In this document: positions 1-8,512 of the stretch, piece after piece | Layout: each line of letters starts with the position of its first letter | How positions within the stretch are numbered: the stretch's first letter is position 1 | From: Acidobacteriota bacterium | Lineage (GTDB): Bacteria > Acidobacteriota > UBA6911 > RPQK01 > JAJDTT01 | DNA length: 64,000 nt | Assembly (NCBI GenBank): GCA_965209055.1 | Contig: OZ242374.1 | Span: 2,048,001-2,112,000 of the forward strand | Reading direction: 5' to 3' | Made by a program: the position numbers and the translations under genes | Notes under the pieces: model-generated | The model's input: the letters and a program-made list of their open reading frames with translations, nothing else | Database searches by the model: none | Told to the model about the DNA's origin: nothing

Positions 1-273
1 GCCGCTGAACAGTATCGCCGCGACTTCGTCCGTATCCTGAACGAAGACGATGCCAGAAACGGCCGAATGTACGATTCTCAGCAGGCCGTTGGTGGCGACC
101 TGTACCTCGCGGGCCGCGATCTATGGGAACGGGTCCCGGAGTTCACCTATCGGCCGCCCACGGTGGACTGGACCGTCCGCCAGCATTATGTTTCGATCAC
201 GATCCTCCTGTCCTGGCTGATGGTCGTCAGCGGATTCCTGTGGGCGGCTCTCGGGCGAGTGCGGGCATCATAG
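1..273 (+). CDS. ABC transporter permease (DUF3526-type), C-terminal part, 5'-truncated by window edge
   Basis: Frame is open from base 1 (AAEQYRRDFVRILNED...LWERVPEFTYRPP plus terminal TM helix); precedes a paralogous permease. Confidence 0.75.
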   Translation, partial: AAEQYRRDFVRILNEDDARNGRMYDSQQAVGGDLYLAGRDLWERVPEFTYRPPTVDWTVRQHYVSITILLSWLMVVSGFLWAALGRVRAS

Positions 274-294
274 CGAACGGTTCAGTCGACGTCG

Positions 295-1794
295 GTGCAT
301 TTCATGCTTGGAACGATCATCCGCCATGAATGGCGCATGCTGCGGTCGGACGCGGCAACCTGGATCGTTTTCGGAGTTCTGGTCGGCGTCGTTGGATATG
401 CAGGCTGGCACGGCCGTTCCATCGTGGAGCGCGAGCGGAGCGCGGTCGAGGAATTCGAGGAGCGGCAGGCAGTCGAAGTGGCCGAGGCGCGACTCCGCGC
501 CGTTCAGATGAAGGCGCGACTGGATTCGGGCCTGGACCTGACGACACTATCCACACAGGAACAGGTGGAATTCGCCAACGGTCCGCTGAACTCGGTGTAC
601 GCGTCCCGTGTCGCGGCTTTCGGTGCTCGCCCCCCGGCCCCACTCGAGGCGCTGTCGCTGGGCGACGGCATCCATCCTCTCGCCCTGTCGATCGGAGACC
701 GCAGCCTGCGTTCGGATCCGAGCGCAGGAGAATCGACGACCAATCCTCTGAGATTTGCGGTCGGACACTTCGATCTCACCTTCGTCGTACTCTACCTCTA
801 CCCCCTGGCGGTGATCGCGCTTACCCACAACCTACTCACCACCGAACGAGAAACCCGCATCCTTCCGTTGCTCCTTTCACAGCCGGTAGGTCCACGCAGC
901 CTTTTCGCTGGATCACTGATCGTGCGTGCACTGTTTCTCAGCGCCGCACAGTTCGTATGGTCGGGCCTGGCCCTGCTGTCGAGCGGTCTGGATCTGACCT
1001 CGGACGATGTGCGCGTCCGATTCGTGCTGTGGTTCATCGTGACGGGCAGTTACGGCGTCTTCTGGTTCGCGTTGAGCGCGTTGGTCGCGGCCAGGGGCCG
1101 GAGAGCCGCATCGAACGCGCTGGTTCTCTGTACGTGCTGGCTCGCGGGCGTCGTCGTTCTCCCCGGAGTCATCCAGTTCGTGGTGAGTACCAGCCACCCC
1201 GTTCCCTTAAGGGCTGAATACATTCAGTCCCTCCGGTCCACTCGGGCCCTGGTCACGACCGGTTTGTCGGAACAGGGGCTCATTGATGAGTTCTTCGAGA
1301 CGAATCCGCGATTCCGCCGCGGTCCCGAGGGTGCGGAGTTATCCCGGCGGTACACGGCGGCCGTCGCACGCTTCGACAGGATCGCTCGTGAGATTCAACC
1401 CCTGCAGCAAAGGACAGTCGCCCAACAGGACGCGCAGGAACGACTCTTCTCCGTGCTGCGATTTACGACGCCGGGCGCCCTTGTCGAGCACCTTCTATAC
1501 GACGTGACTGGTACCGGCCCGGCAAGGAACCGGCGGTTCGTGGCCGGGATCGAAGACGTCCGGCGCGACCGCCGGGGGTTTTTCTGGCAACGACAGATCG
1601 ACCTGGCAACGATTACGGCAGGGGACTATGACTTGATGCCACGCTATCAGTTTCAGGAGGAGCCGATTTCGAATGTCATCCGGAGAGTATTCCTTCCGCT
1701 AGCAGCGATCCTGATGGCGTCCGGAGTTCTTGCGCTGCTCGCCCACGTCCGATCGGGCTCACTCCTGAAGAGCGCCGACGCCTCTGGGAAATAG
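295..1794 (+). CDS. ABC-2 type permease (DUF3526 family)
   Basis: 499 aa, multiple TM segments, NPLRFAVGHFDLTFVVLYLYPL...ERE motif. Confidence 0.85.
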   Translation: MHFMLGTIIRHEWRMLRSDAATWIVFGVLVGVVGYAGWHGRSIVERERSAVEEFEERQAVEVAEARLRAVQMKARLDSGLDLTTLSTQEQVEFANGPLNSVYASRVAAFGARPPAPLEALSLGDGIHPLALSIGDRSLRSDPSAGESTTNPLRFAVGHFDLTFVVLYLYPLAVIALTHNLLTTERETRILPLLLSQPVGPRSLFAGSLIVRALFLSAAQFVWSGLALLSSGLDLTSDDVRVRFVLWFIVTGSYGVFWFALSALVAARGRRAASNALVLCTCWLAGVVVLPGVIQFVVSTSHPVPLRAEYIQSLRSTRALVTTGLSEQGLIDEFFETNPRFRRGPEGAELSRRYTAAVARFDRIAREIQPLQQRTVAQQDAQERLFSVLRFTTPGALVEHLLYDVTGTGPARNRRFVAGIEDVRRDRRGFFWQRQIDLATITAGDYDLMPRYQFQEEPISNVIRRVFLPLAAILMASGVLALLAHVRSGSLLKSADASGK

Positions 1795-1865
1795 CGTCAA
1801 TCTGCGGGGGCTACACCTGCCGTTAGATGGATTTCCCTTCTCAAAGGGACTTCTCTTTCTTATAC

Positions 1866-2039
1866 CTATCCTCGGCTGGTGAAGCGGAGGCAGGCTCCGG
1901 CGGAGACCAACCCGCCGAAGAATAGCCAGCCGGCGGCGAAAGCGGCGAGGAGCAGGACGAGAACGGTGGACGAAGCTACCCGAAAGCGTCCGTCTCGGAA
2001 GATCTCCCGGACTTCCTTACTGACGATGATTCGGATCGT
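1866..2039 (-). pseudogene. Truncated N-terminus of a DUF3526-type permease, ACG at the start position
   Basis: After GGAGGAGG, just downstream of the ATPase stop, reads (T)IRIIVSKEVREIFRDGRFRVASSTVLVLLLAAFAAGW, then stop after 57 codons. Confidence 0.65.
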
Positions 2040-2060
2040 CCTCTCGGGCGGTCCTCCTCC

Positions 2061-2789
2061 TTAGTCGTGCATGTGTTCCAGATAGATTCGTTCCAGATCC
2101 CGGTGCCCGAGATCCTTCGTTTCGTGAGCCGCCACCAATCGGCCGCGCTTCATGATTCCCACCCGAGTGCCGGTTTCCTTCGCCCGGAACAGGTCGTGTG
2201 TGGCCATCAGCACGGCGACTCCCGAGGCGCTCAAACTCTTCAGCAACTCGGAGAACTCGTTGGACGCTTTTGGATCGAGCCCCGACGTGGGTTCGTCCAG
2301 AAGCAGCGCCTCAGCCTTCTTGGCGATCGCGATCGCGATGCCCACCTTCTGCCGCATGCCCTTGGAATAGACCGCCATGCGCTTGTCCGCTGCGTCCTGG
2401 CCAAGCCCCACCCGGTCGAAGAACCCGAGGAGGACCGTCCTTGGGTAGGTGTGCCCAGCGAGAGCGCTGAAGTACTCGAGATTCTCGAGCCCGGTCAGAT
2501 TACGGTAGAGCATCACCTGTTCCGGAATATAGGCAACATACTTCTTGGTCTCGATCGGGTGCGATGTCACGTCCAGACCCTTGATCGTCGCGGTCCCCGA
2601 GCTCGGGGCGACGAAGTTCAGAAACAAGTTGATCGTGGTGGTTTTTCCGGCCCCGTTGGCGCCGAGCAGGCAGAATACCTCTCCTGGTTCGATCTCGAGA
2701 TCGAGGGCGTCGAGAGCGATCATGCCGTTGTAGCGTTTCGTCAGGGATTTGGCTGCAAGCATGATCGGATGCCCATCCACGTTACCCAT
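2061..2789 (-). CDS. ABC transporter ATP-binding protein (start may be 2762)
   Basis: Walker A GANGAGKT, signature YSKGMRQK, Walker B LLLDEP, H-loop. Confidence 0.95.
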   Translation of the reverse strand: MGNVDGHPIMLAAKSLTKRYNGMIALDALDLEIEPGEVFCLLGANGAGKTTTINLFLNFVAPSSGTATIKGLDVTSHPIETKKYVAYIPEQVMLYRNLTGLENLEYFSALAGHTYPRTVLLGFFDRVGLGQDAADKRMAVYSKGMRQKVGIAIAIAKKAEALLLDEPTSGLDPKASNEFSELLKSLSASGVAVLMATHDLFRAKETGTRVGIMKRGRLVAAHETKDLGHRDLERIYLEHMHD

Positions 2790-3516
2790 CTATAAGAATG
2801 AGCGGCTCTAGTATAGGTACACCGGTTGCGTATGAGAAGCGTTTCCACATGAACGGCTCAAAAGGCTGGGCGAACGGTAGGACCCGACAAACGAAGGGCA
2901 CGCCTGCTCCAAAGACACCTGAATTCCCCCTCCGATCCGGGATAAGAAGTACGGAAATCCGTGGACGAGTTGCCTCGCGATCCGAACGTTGGCGACCATG
3001 CTCGATTTGCACAAATGGGCGCGTTGGGTCCAAACTCGATCTGTTCGCGCCCTCTCGACTCTCTTCCAGCGCGACCACCCGCCCGCCTTCTGATTTCTTC
3101 CCCCAAATACGTCGCGAGCGGGCGCCGCTGCGGGACTGTCGAACGTTCCGTTCGCATCGTTGACTCCGAGCTGCTCGTTGGGTTGGCACTCCCTTTCATG
3201 GGTCGCAACCTGCCGGCACCTTCTTGGGTGGGCCTGGATCGACGCTCGGCCCGTGGGCATTCGCGCCTCGATCCGGGCAACCCAAGCAGGACGCCTATGA
3301 CGCCATGGCTTCCTGGTTCGAACAGCACGCACGGTCTGACGTGGTGAAACGCCTGCTCCCTGCGCACGGCAGCCAGCAGGGATGAAATCCGGAGCGCCAC
3401 TGGTGAGGTCGGGGGCGGAGGCTCCTGTCCTCATCCCACTGGACCTCAATAGATCAATCAATCACTTTCAACCGTCCACCAAAACGGGATAGCCTCAAAG
3501 TTGGGAGGCAACCGAA

Positions 3517-4638
3517 ATGCTGAACCTTCGGAGTGGATTCCGTTTTCTGGCATTCATCGCCATGACGTCGGTCATGACTCAGGCGGCGGCAGAGTTGGAT
3601 GTGCAGGTGACCCCAGCCAGATGCCGTCATCCCAGGGCGGTCGAGGCTCCGGATGGAACCATCTATGTCTACGGGGCGCTCAAGAGCAACGACGGAGGCA
3701 GGAGTTTCTGGCCGGTGGACGAGTCCGATCCGCCGTTCGGCTCCGTCCTGTTCGCCGAGAAGCTGACCACGCTGTACTGGAGAAAGGGGTTGTTCCTCGG
3801 CTTCTATTGGAACGTGACCTGCCGCGAGGCGGGCCGTTGCGTGGGGAGAATGTGGCGTTCCCGCGACGGTTTCAAGACGGTGGAGAAAAAGGAAACGGTT
3901 CTCATCATTCCGGAGGCGGGATCGGTTCCCGTCGACGATTTCTCGGAAGTCCAGGACCAGCAGAGCTCGACCATCTTCTTTCATCGGGGCATTCGGGAGA
4001 TGCCGGACGGGACCCTGCTGGCGTGCATGATCGGCAGCTTCGAGGACGACAACATGCCGACAACGGACCCTCGAAGCAAAATGGAGACCCCCTTCAAGAT
4101 GAGGTCTTTCCTGATCAGCTCCGACGATCAGGGAGACACTTGGCGGTACTTCTCCACCGTAGCCGCACCGGGTGCCGGAGTGATGGATGATACTGAAGGG
4201 TTCAACGAGTGGGCGTTGCTTCCGCTCGACGATGGCCGGATGCTGGCCGTGATGCGGACCGGCCACTACTCGCCCATGGTGGCGAGCTGGAGCGGCGACG
4301 GCGGAAGAACCTGGAGCCCACCCGAAGACATGGGCCTGGGTCCCGGGGTGGACCCCTATCTGCTGAGACTGAGGGATGGACGTTTGGCGTTAGCCTACGG
4401 CCAGTTGGTGCAGCGCAGCGGAGGGAAAGAGGCGGACTGGAAACACGAAGATCAGAGAAGGAAGTGCCAACTGGCGATCAATGCCGACGGCACAGGAAAG
4501 GGCTGGCTCGCCACCACGGTCGCCGACTATTCCCACAGAATGGCGTATCCCACGATCTTTGAAGTCGAGCCCAACGTGATCCTCTACCAGTCGGGCGAGT
4601 GTCTCGAGCTATGGCGGGTGGAGGTGCCGCCGCGGTGA
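3517..4638 (+). CDS. Secreted sialidase/BNR-repeat beta-propeller protein
   Basis: Signal peptide, Asp-box repeats SNDGGRSF, SRDGFKT, SDDQGDTW, SGDGGRTW; GGAGG upstream. Confidence 0.85.
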   Translation: MLNLRSGFRFLAFIAMTSVMTQAAAELDVQVTPARCRHPRAVEAPDGTIYVYGALKSNDGGRSFWPVDESDPPFGSVLFAEKLTTLYWRKGLFLGFYWNVTCREAGRCVGRMWRSRDGFKTVEKKETVLIIPEAGSVPVDDFSEVQDQQSSTIFFHRGIREMPDGTLLACMIGSFEDDNMPTTDPRSKMETPFKMRSFLISSDDQGDTWRYFSTVAAPGAGVMDDTEGFNEWALLPLDDGRMLAVMRTGHYSPMVASWSGDGGRTWSPPEDMGLGPGVDPYLLRLRDGRLALAYGQLVQRSGGKEADWKHEDQRRKCQLAINADGTGKGWLATTVADYSHRMAYPTIFEVEPNVILYQSGECLELWRVEVPPR

Positions 4639-4749
4639 TCCACTGAGCTGAAACTTCAACGGGAAATCAGCAGCCGCGTCTCTTCATCAGCGGACGGGGA
4701 AGAAAAGCGGACAGACCCGTTCTCGCGCTCCCAAGAGCAAGTGGCTCGA

Positions 4750-5037
4750 TCACGCCGCCACAAAGCGTTCTACTGCGATCTCCTCGGCGCGGCCGCGAGC
4801 TTGCCAGAGATCGTAGGCCATCTGCATCCCCAGCCAAGTCTCGGGCGTCGAGCCGAACGCCTTCGACAGCCGTATCGCCATTTCTACCGAGATCCCCGTT
4901 CGCCCGTTCACCAACTCGGAGAGTGCCTGCCGGGTGACGCCCAAACCCGCGGCGGCCCGGGTCACGGTCAAACCCAGGGGTTCGAGGCACTGCCGCTTCA
5001 CGATGCCGCCCGGATGCGGCGGGTTGTGCATGGCCAT
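4750..5037 (-). CDS. higA: HigA family antitoxin
   Basis: MHNPPHPG...HTH...WLGMQMAYDL. Confidence 0.93.
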   Translation of the reverse strand: MAMHNPPHPGGIVKRQCLEPLGLTVTRAAAGLGVTRQALSELVNGRTGISVEMAIRLSKAFGSTPETWLGMQMAYDLWQARGRAEEIAVERFVAA

Positions 5038-5052
5038 GATCGAGCTTCTCCC

Positions 5053-5334
5053 TCAGTGATAGTCCACGTAGTCCACATCGACCGCTGCGCCTTCCTCGAA
5101 CCTGAAGGTCACTCGCCAGTTGCCGGATACCGAAACTGCATAATGCCCCTTCAGCCGTCCCTTGAGGGCGTGCAACCGGAACCCCGGCAGACTCATGCCC
5201 TCGGGTCCCCGGCTGAAATCGAGCACCGCCAGGATGTCCCGCAATCTGCCTACGTGCTTCGGCGCGACTCGCCGCGCCGTCCTGCCCTCGTAGAGGGCCT
5301 TCAGCCCACGGTGGCGGAACGATGCAATCATCAT
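5053..5334 (-). CDS. higB: HigB (RelE/ParE, plasmid-maintenance killer) toxin
   Basis: IASFRHRGL...PGFRLHALKG...SVSGNWRVTFRF...DYH; upstream of higA. Confidence 0.93.
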   Translation of the reverse strand: MMIASFRHRGLKALYEGRTARRVAPKHVGRLRDILAVLDFSRGPEGMSLPGFRLHALKGRLKGHYAVSVSGNWRVTFRFEEGAAVDVDYVDYH

Positions 5335-5557
5335 GCAATCTTAGGATGTCGCCTGTCAATTGACAACTTTCGATCTTGCGCCTGAATGATTCGCAGTGCG
5401 GTGCCCCTTCTCGTGGGACAACCTCACTGGAACTGATTCGGCGTAATGCTTTCCGTCAGATGGTAAGGTTCTTCGGAGTGGGAAAAGGGGGACCGAAAAG
5501 GGGGACAGTCACCGTCTCGCGAGGTCCGTTCCGGTGAACGAAGACCCGTGAATTTGG

Positions 5558-6541
5558 TCAGGGAATGTCAGGACCCAGGAGTTGAACCACCCCGGCTCGA
5601 TGTTCCAGAAGACCCGTCTTGGGCTCGATCTCTCCCCGCTTCCAGCCTTCGAAGGCGGTCACCGGAAGAGTCCACGAAATGTTCTTCGAGAAATCCGTGA
5701 TGAAAAGCTGAACACGGTTCTCGCCGGGCTTCTGGTAATGCCAGTCGGAGTTCACGACCAGCAATCGGCCGTCGGACAACTCCACGGTCCCGACTGCGAT
5801 CAACAGCGGGAAATGGGGGGCCGCATCCTCCGGCGTAAAGCTCCACGTCTTCTTTCCGTTGGCATCAAACCGGATCAGACCGAACCGGCCGCTGCAGAGG
5901 GTGGTGCCGTCGCTGAGTGTCTGGGCAAGCGCAGGCAGGCTCGGAACACGCAGGGAACGGAGGACCTTGCCGGCGGAATCCACTTCCACGAACCTCTCCT
6001 CGGCCCGCAGTGCAACCAGGTAGTTTCCGTCCGGAGTTCGACGCAACAGGTTGTAGCGGGTATGGAGCGTCCCTTCGGCGGGAACGGGAATCCGGTGCAG
6101 TACGTGTCCGGTCCCCGACTCCAATTCGAGAATGGCCTGCTCCTGGCTGTTGAGCACCGCCACGCGGCCGTTGGGTAGGGGGACGCAAGTCTTGACTTTG
6201 TTCTTTCCCGTGACACGGTACTCCCACACGGTTCGCTTCTGGCGATCTATTTCCCGAACATAGCGATGCGTCCCAAAGAGGATGTTTCCGTTGGTGAGAG
6301 CCCAGCCGTCGTAGATGAGGTGGTCGAACTCGCCCGGAGATTGTCCGTTGAGCGGAGGGACCGTGAATGACCAGGAACAACGGCCGTCGGATTCGACGAT
6401 GTAGAGCCCTTCCGACGCGACCAGAAGGAAGCGCCCGATGCCTTCCTGATCAGGCTTCCCGAGCCCGGCCCCCTCGCACCAGGCCGTCCCGATGCCGAAA
6501 ACAACCAGGGCGGAAACCAGCAGAACCACGATGTGTCTCAT
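5558..6541 (-). CDS. Secreted PQQ-like beta-propeller repeat protein
   Basis: Signal peptide, repeated (L/T)PxG(N/R)xLV and VWEY-type blades. Confidence 0.7.
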   Translation of the reverse strand: MRHIVVLLVSALVVFGIGTAWCEGAGLGKPDQEGIGRFLLVASEGLYIVESDGRCSWSFTVPPLNGQSPGEFDHLIYDGWALTNGNILFGTHRYVREIDRQKRTVWEYRVTGKNKVKTCVPLPNGRVAVLNSQEQAILELESGTGHVLHRIPVPAEGTLHTRYNLLRRTPDGNYLVALRAEERFVEVDSAGKVLRSLRVPSLPALAQTLSDGTTLCSGRFGLIRFDANGKKTWSFTPEDAAPHFPLLIAVGTVELSDGRLLVVNSDWHYQKPGENRVQLFITDFSKNISWTLPVTAFEGWKRGEIEPKTGLLEHRAGVVQLLGPDIP

Positions 6542-6637
6542 ACCTGAAGTTGATGAGTACCCCTACACGCTACAAGATCGCGAGTCAAATGAAACGGAGT
6601 CTCGCTGCTGCTCAGCATAAGTCGTGGCACGTCGACA

Positions 6638-7036
6638 TCAGCGTTTTCCCAGACGCCGTGAACGTAACGGTGAAATTCGGGCGATCTGGTCGAAGTCGCG
6701 ATCGTGGTGCAACAGCGTCAAGTCGTTCCTGATCGCGCAGACCGCGATCAAGCAGTCGACACTTGAACGCACCGTGATGCCGATACGCCGAGCCAGGCGG
6801 TAGAGGTCGACCGCCTCGTCGAACACTGCCGTCTCCAACGGCGCCTCGACGAGCGGAAACGCGTGCATTGCCTCTCGTGCAATCCGGAATGCGCTCTCGT
6901 CGCGGAAGCCTTGGAGCACCTCCTGCATGATCGGAAGACAGGTGACGACTTCGTCCAGGTGGACGACCGATTCGATGTGGACTCGGGCGGGGCGTGCAAA
7001 CACCTCGATCCAGACCGAGGTGTCAACGAGGTACAC
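6638..7036 (-). CDS. vapC: VapC PIN-domain toxin
   Basis: YLVDTSVWI, EVLQG, DCLIA, HHDRDF. Confidence 0.93.
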   Translation of the reverse strand: MYLVDTSVWIEVFARPARVHIESVVHLDEVVTCLPIMQEVLQGFRDESAFRIAREAMHAFPLVEAPLETAVFDEAVDLYRLARRIGITVRSSVDCLIAVCAIRNDLTLLHHDRDFDQIARISPLRSRRLGKR

Positions 7037-7268
7037 GGCTGGTCCCGTGCTCAGGCTCGGGTTGGCTGCGCAGTCGGTCGTTGCGCATCTCGGCCAAGTC
7101 CCCCTCCCAAAGGCCCGAACCGGCCAGTTGCAAAATGCGACCTGCCTTTGCCCTTCGAACGAATTCCGTCATCGCTCGTGTCACTGCTTTCGAGTAAGTT
7201 CGCTCGCCGCTGAGCCGTAGGGTTTCTTCCAGAATTCGCTCATCAAGCACAAGATTTGTGCGCTTCAT
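7023..7268 (-). CDS. vapB: VapB antitoxin
   Basis: MKRTNLVLDERILEE...LAGSGLWEGDL; overlaps vapC start; TTGACA upstream. Confidence 0.88.
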   Translation of the reverse strand: MKRTNLVLDERILEETLRLSGERTYSKAVTRAMTEFVRRAKAGRILQLAGSGLWEGDLAEMRNDRLRSQPEPEHGTSRVPR

Positions 7269-7361
7269 GTGTATAAGGTGAATCCGCGACGCGGTAGTTG
7301 TCAAGCGGTCAAGCGTGAAAATGACTGTCCCTTTCTTGTGTGCGTGCGCTCGCTTAAGAAA

Positions 7362-7432
7362 GGGGGGGGCGATTTTCAATCGCCCATTCCTATATGCACT
7401 GCCGGAGTTCGGCGGTTGGTAACCGCCACTCC
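7362..7432. repeat. REP doublet (REPIN-like)
   Basis: GGGCGATTTTCAATCGCCC and inverted GGAGTGGCGGTTACCAACCGCCG. Confidence 0.75.
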
Positions 7433-7559
7433 ATTCCAGAAGCGGACAGTCCTCATCTCTGAGTGTTTTCGCCAGCGACATCGTGTAGTAGGCTGTTTGA
7501 CCAACGAAAACGCTGCCTGGCAGTGGCACTTCCACTACGGTTTTCTTGGGGCATGAATT

Positions 7560-8432
7560 ATGAAAAGCAGTTTCTCAAGCGGTAGAGAGCTGACGCCTTC
7601 GGAACTGGAATTCCACGTTGGAGAGCTGGGGGAGCAGGGTTACACCATCATCCCGGACGCTGTCGACGCCGAATACCTGGCTCCAGCCATTGAGGCGGCC
7701 GAAGACGTCTACCAACGGGAGAGCGAGATCGCCCTGCGCCTGGGAACTTCCTCCGAGCACTGCTGGTCCGCCCACTGCATCGTGGGCAAGCACCCCTTCT
7801 TCGAAACCTTTTTCCTGAACCCGCCGGTTCTCTCCGTGTGCCGTGAGTACCTGGGTGAGGACATGGTCCTGTACGACACGACGGCGCGTTCCATTCGTCC
7901 CAGCGAGGGCAGGGAGCCCGGGCGCGGGTTTCAGATTCACGCCGACCGGTCTCCGTTCAGCATCGTCCCCTTCGAGGGCGGAAAGCACTACCCGATGGCC
8001 ATCAACGTCGCCTGGCCGGCTGTGGACTTCACGGCCGAGAACGGCGCTACCCTGGTCTGGCCCGGCACTCACAATTCCTGTCAGATCCCCGACCCGGATG
8101 CCGACACCCCGGGATCCCACCAAGCGGTCGTTCCCGCGGGTACCGCCATCGTTTGGGATGCGGCGCTTTGGCACGCCAGTGGCATCAACCGCAGCGACCA
8201 CGACCGGCATTCCATCCTGGCCTTTTTTCATCGCTGGTGGGTCAAGGGGATGATCGACAACGCCCGCGTCATCCCGCAGAGCGTGCAGAATCGCCTCCTC
8301 CCGGAAATGCGAAACCTGCTGGGCCTCGAGGAGACCATCCCCGAGTACACGGAAGTTCGCGCTCTTTCCCCGGAACAGCTCAAACGGCTGACCCCCTGGG
8401 AGAAGGACGTGCTGGGGATCGGGACCTACTGA
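7560..8432 (+). CDS. Phytanoyl-CoA dioxygenase (PhyH) family Fe(II)/2OG oxygenase
   Basis: HAD motif, DFTAENGAT, WHASG-N. Confidence 0.9.
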   Translation: MKSSFSSGRELTPSELEFHVGELGEQGYTIIPDAVDAEYLAPAIEAAEDVYQRESEIALRLGTSSEHCWSAHCIVGKHPFFETFFLNPPVLSVCREYLGEDMVLYDTTARSIRPSEGREPGRGFQIHADRSPFSIVPFEGGKHYPMAINVAWPAVDFTAENGATLVWPGTHNSCQIPDPDADTPGSHQAVVPAGTAIVWDAALWHASGINRSDHDRHSILAFFHRWWVKGMIDNARVIPQSVQNRLLPEMRNLLGLEETIPEYTEVRALSPEQLKRLTPWEKDVLGIGTY

Positions 8433-8512
8433 GCGGCCGCACGCCTGTTCGCCTGGTGGATTTCGTTCCGCCATCCAACATAGAATTTCGACTACAAGCG
8501 TAAGGTAGTCGC

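Noticed and set aside
2790-3500. Overlapping ORFs of 120-217 aa and a sigma54-like GG-N10-GC near 2816
   Set aside because: No recognisable motifs or codon bias, and no credible downstream gene for the promoter
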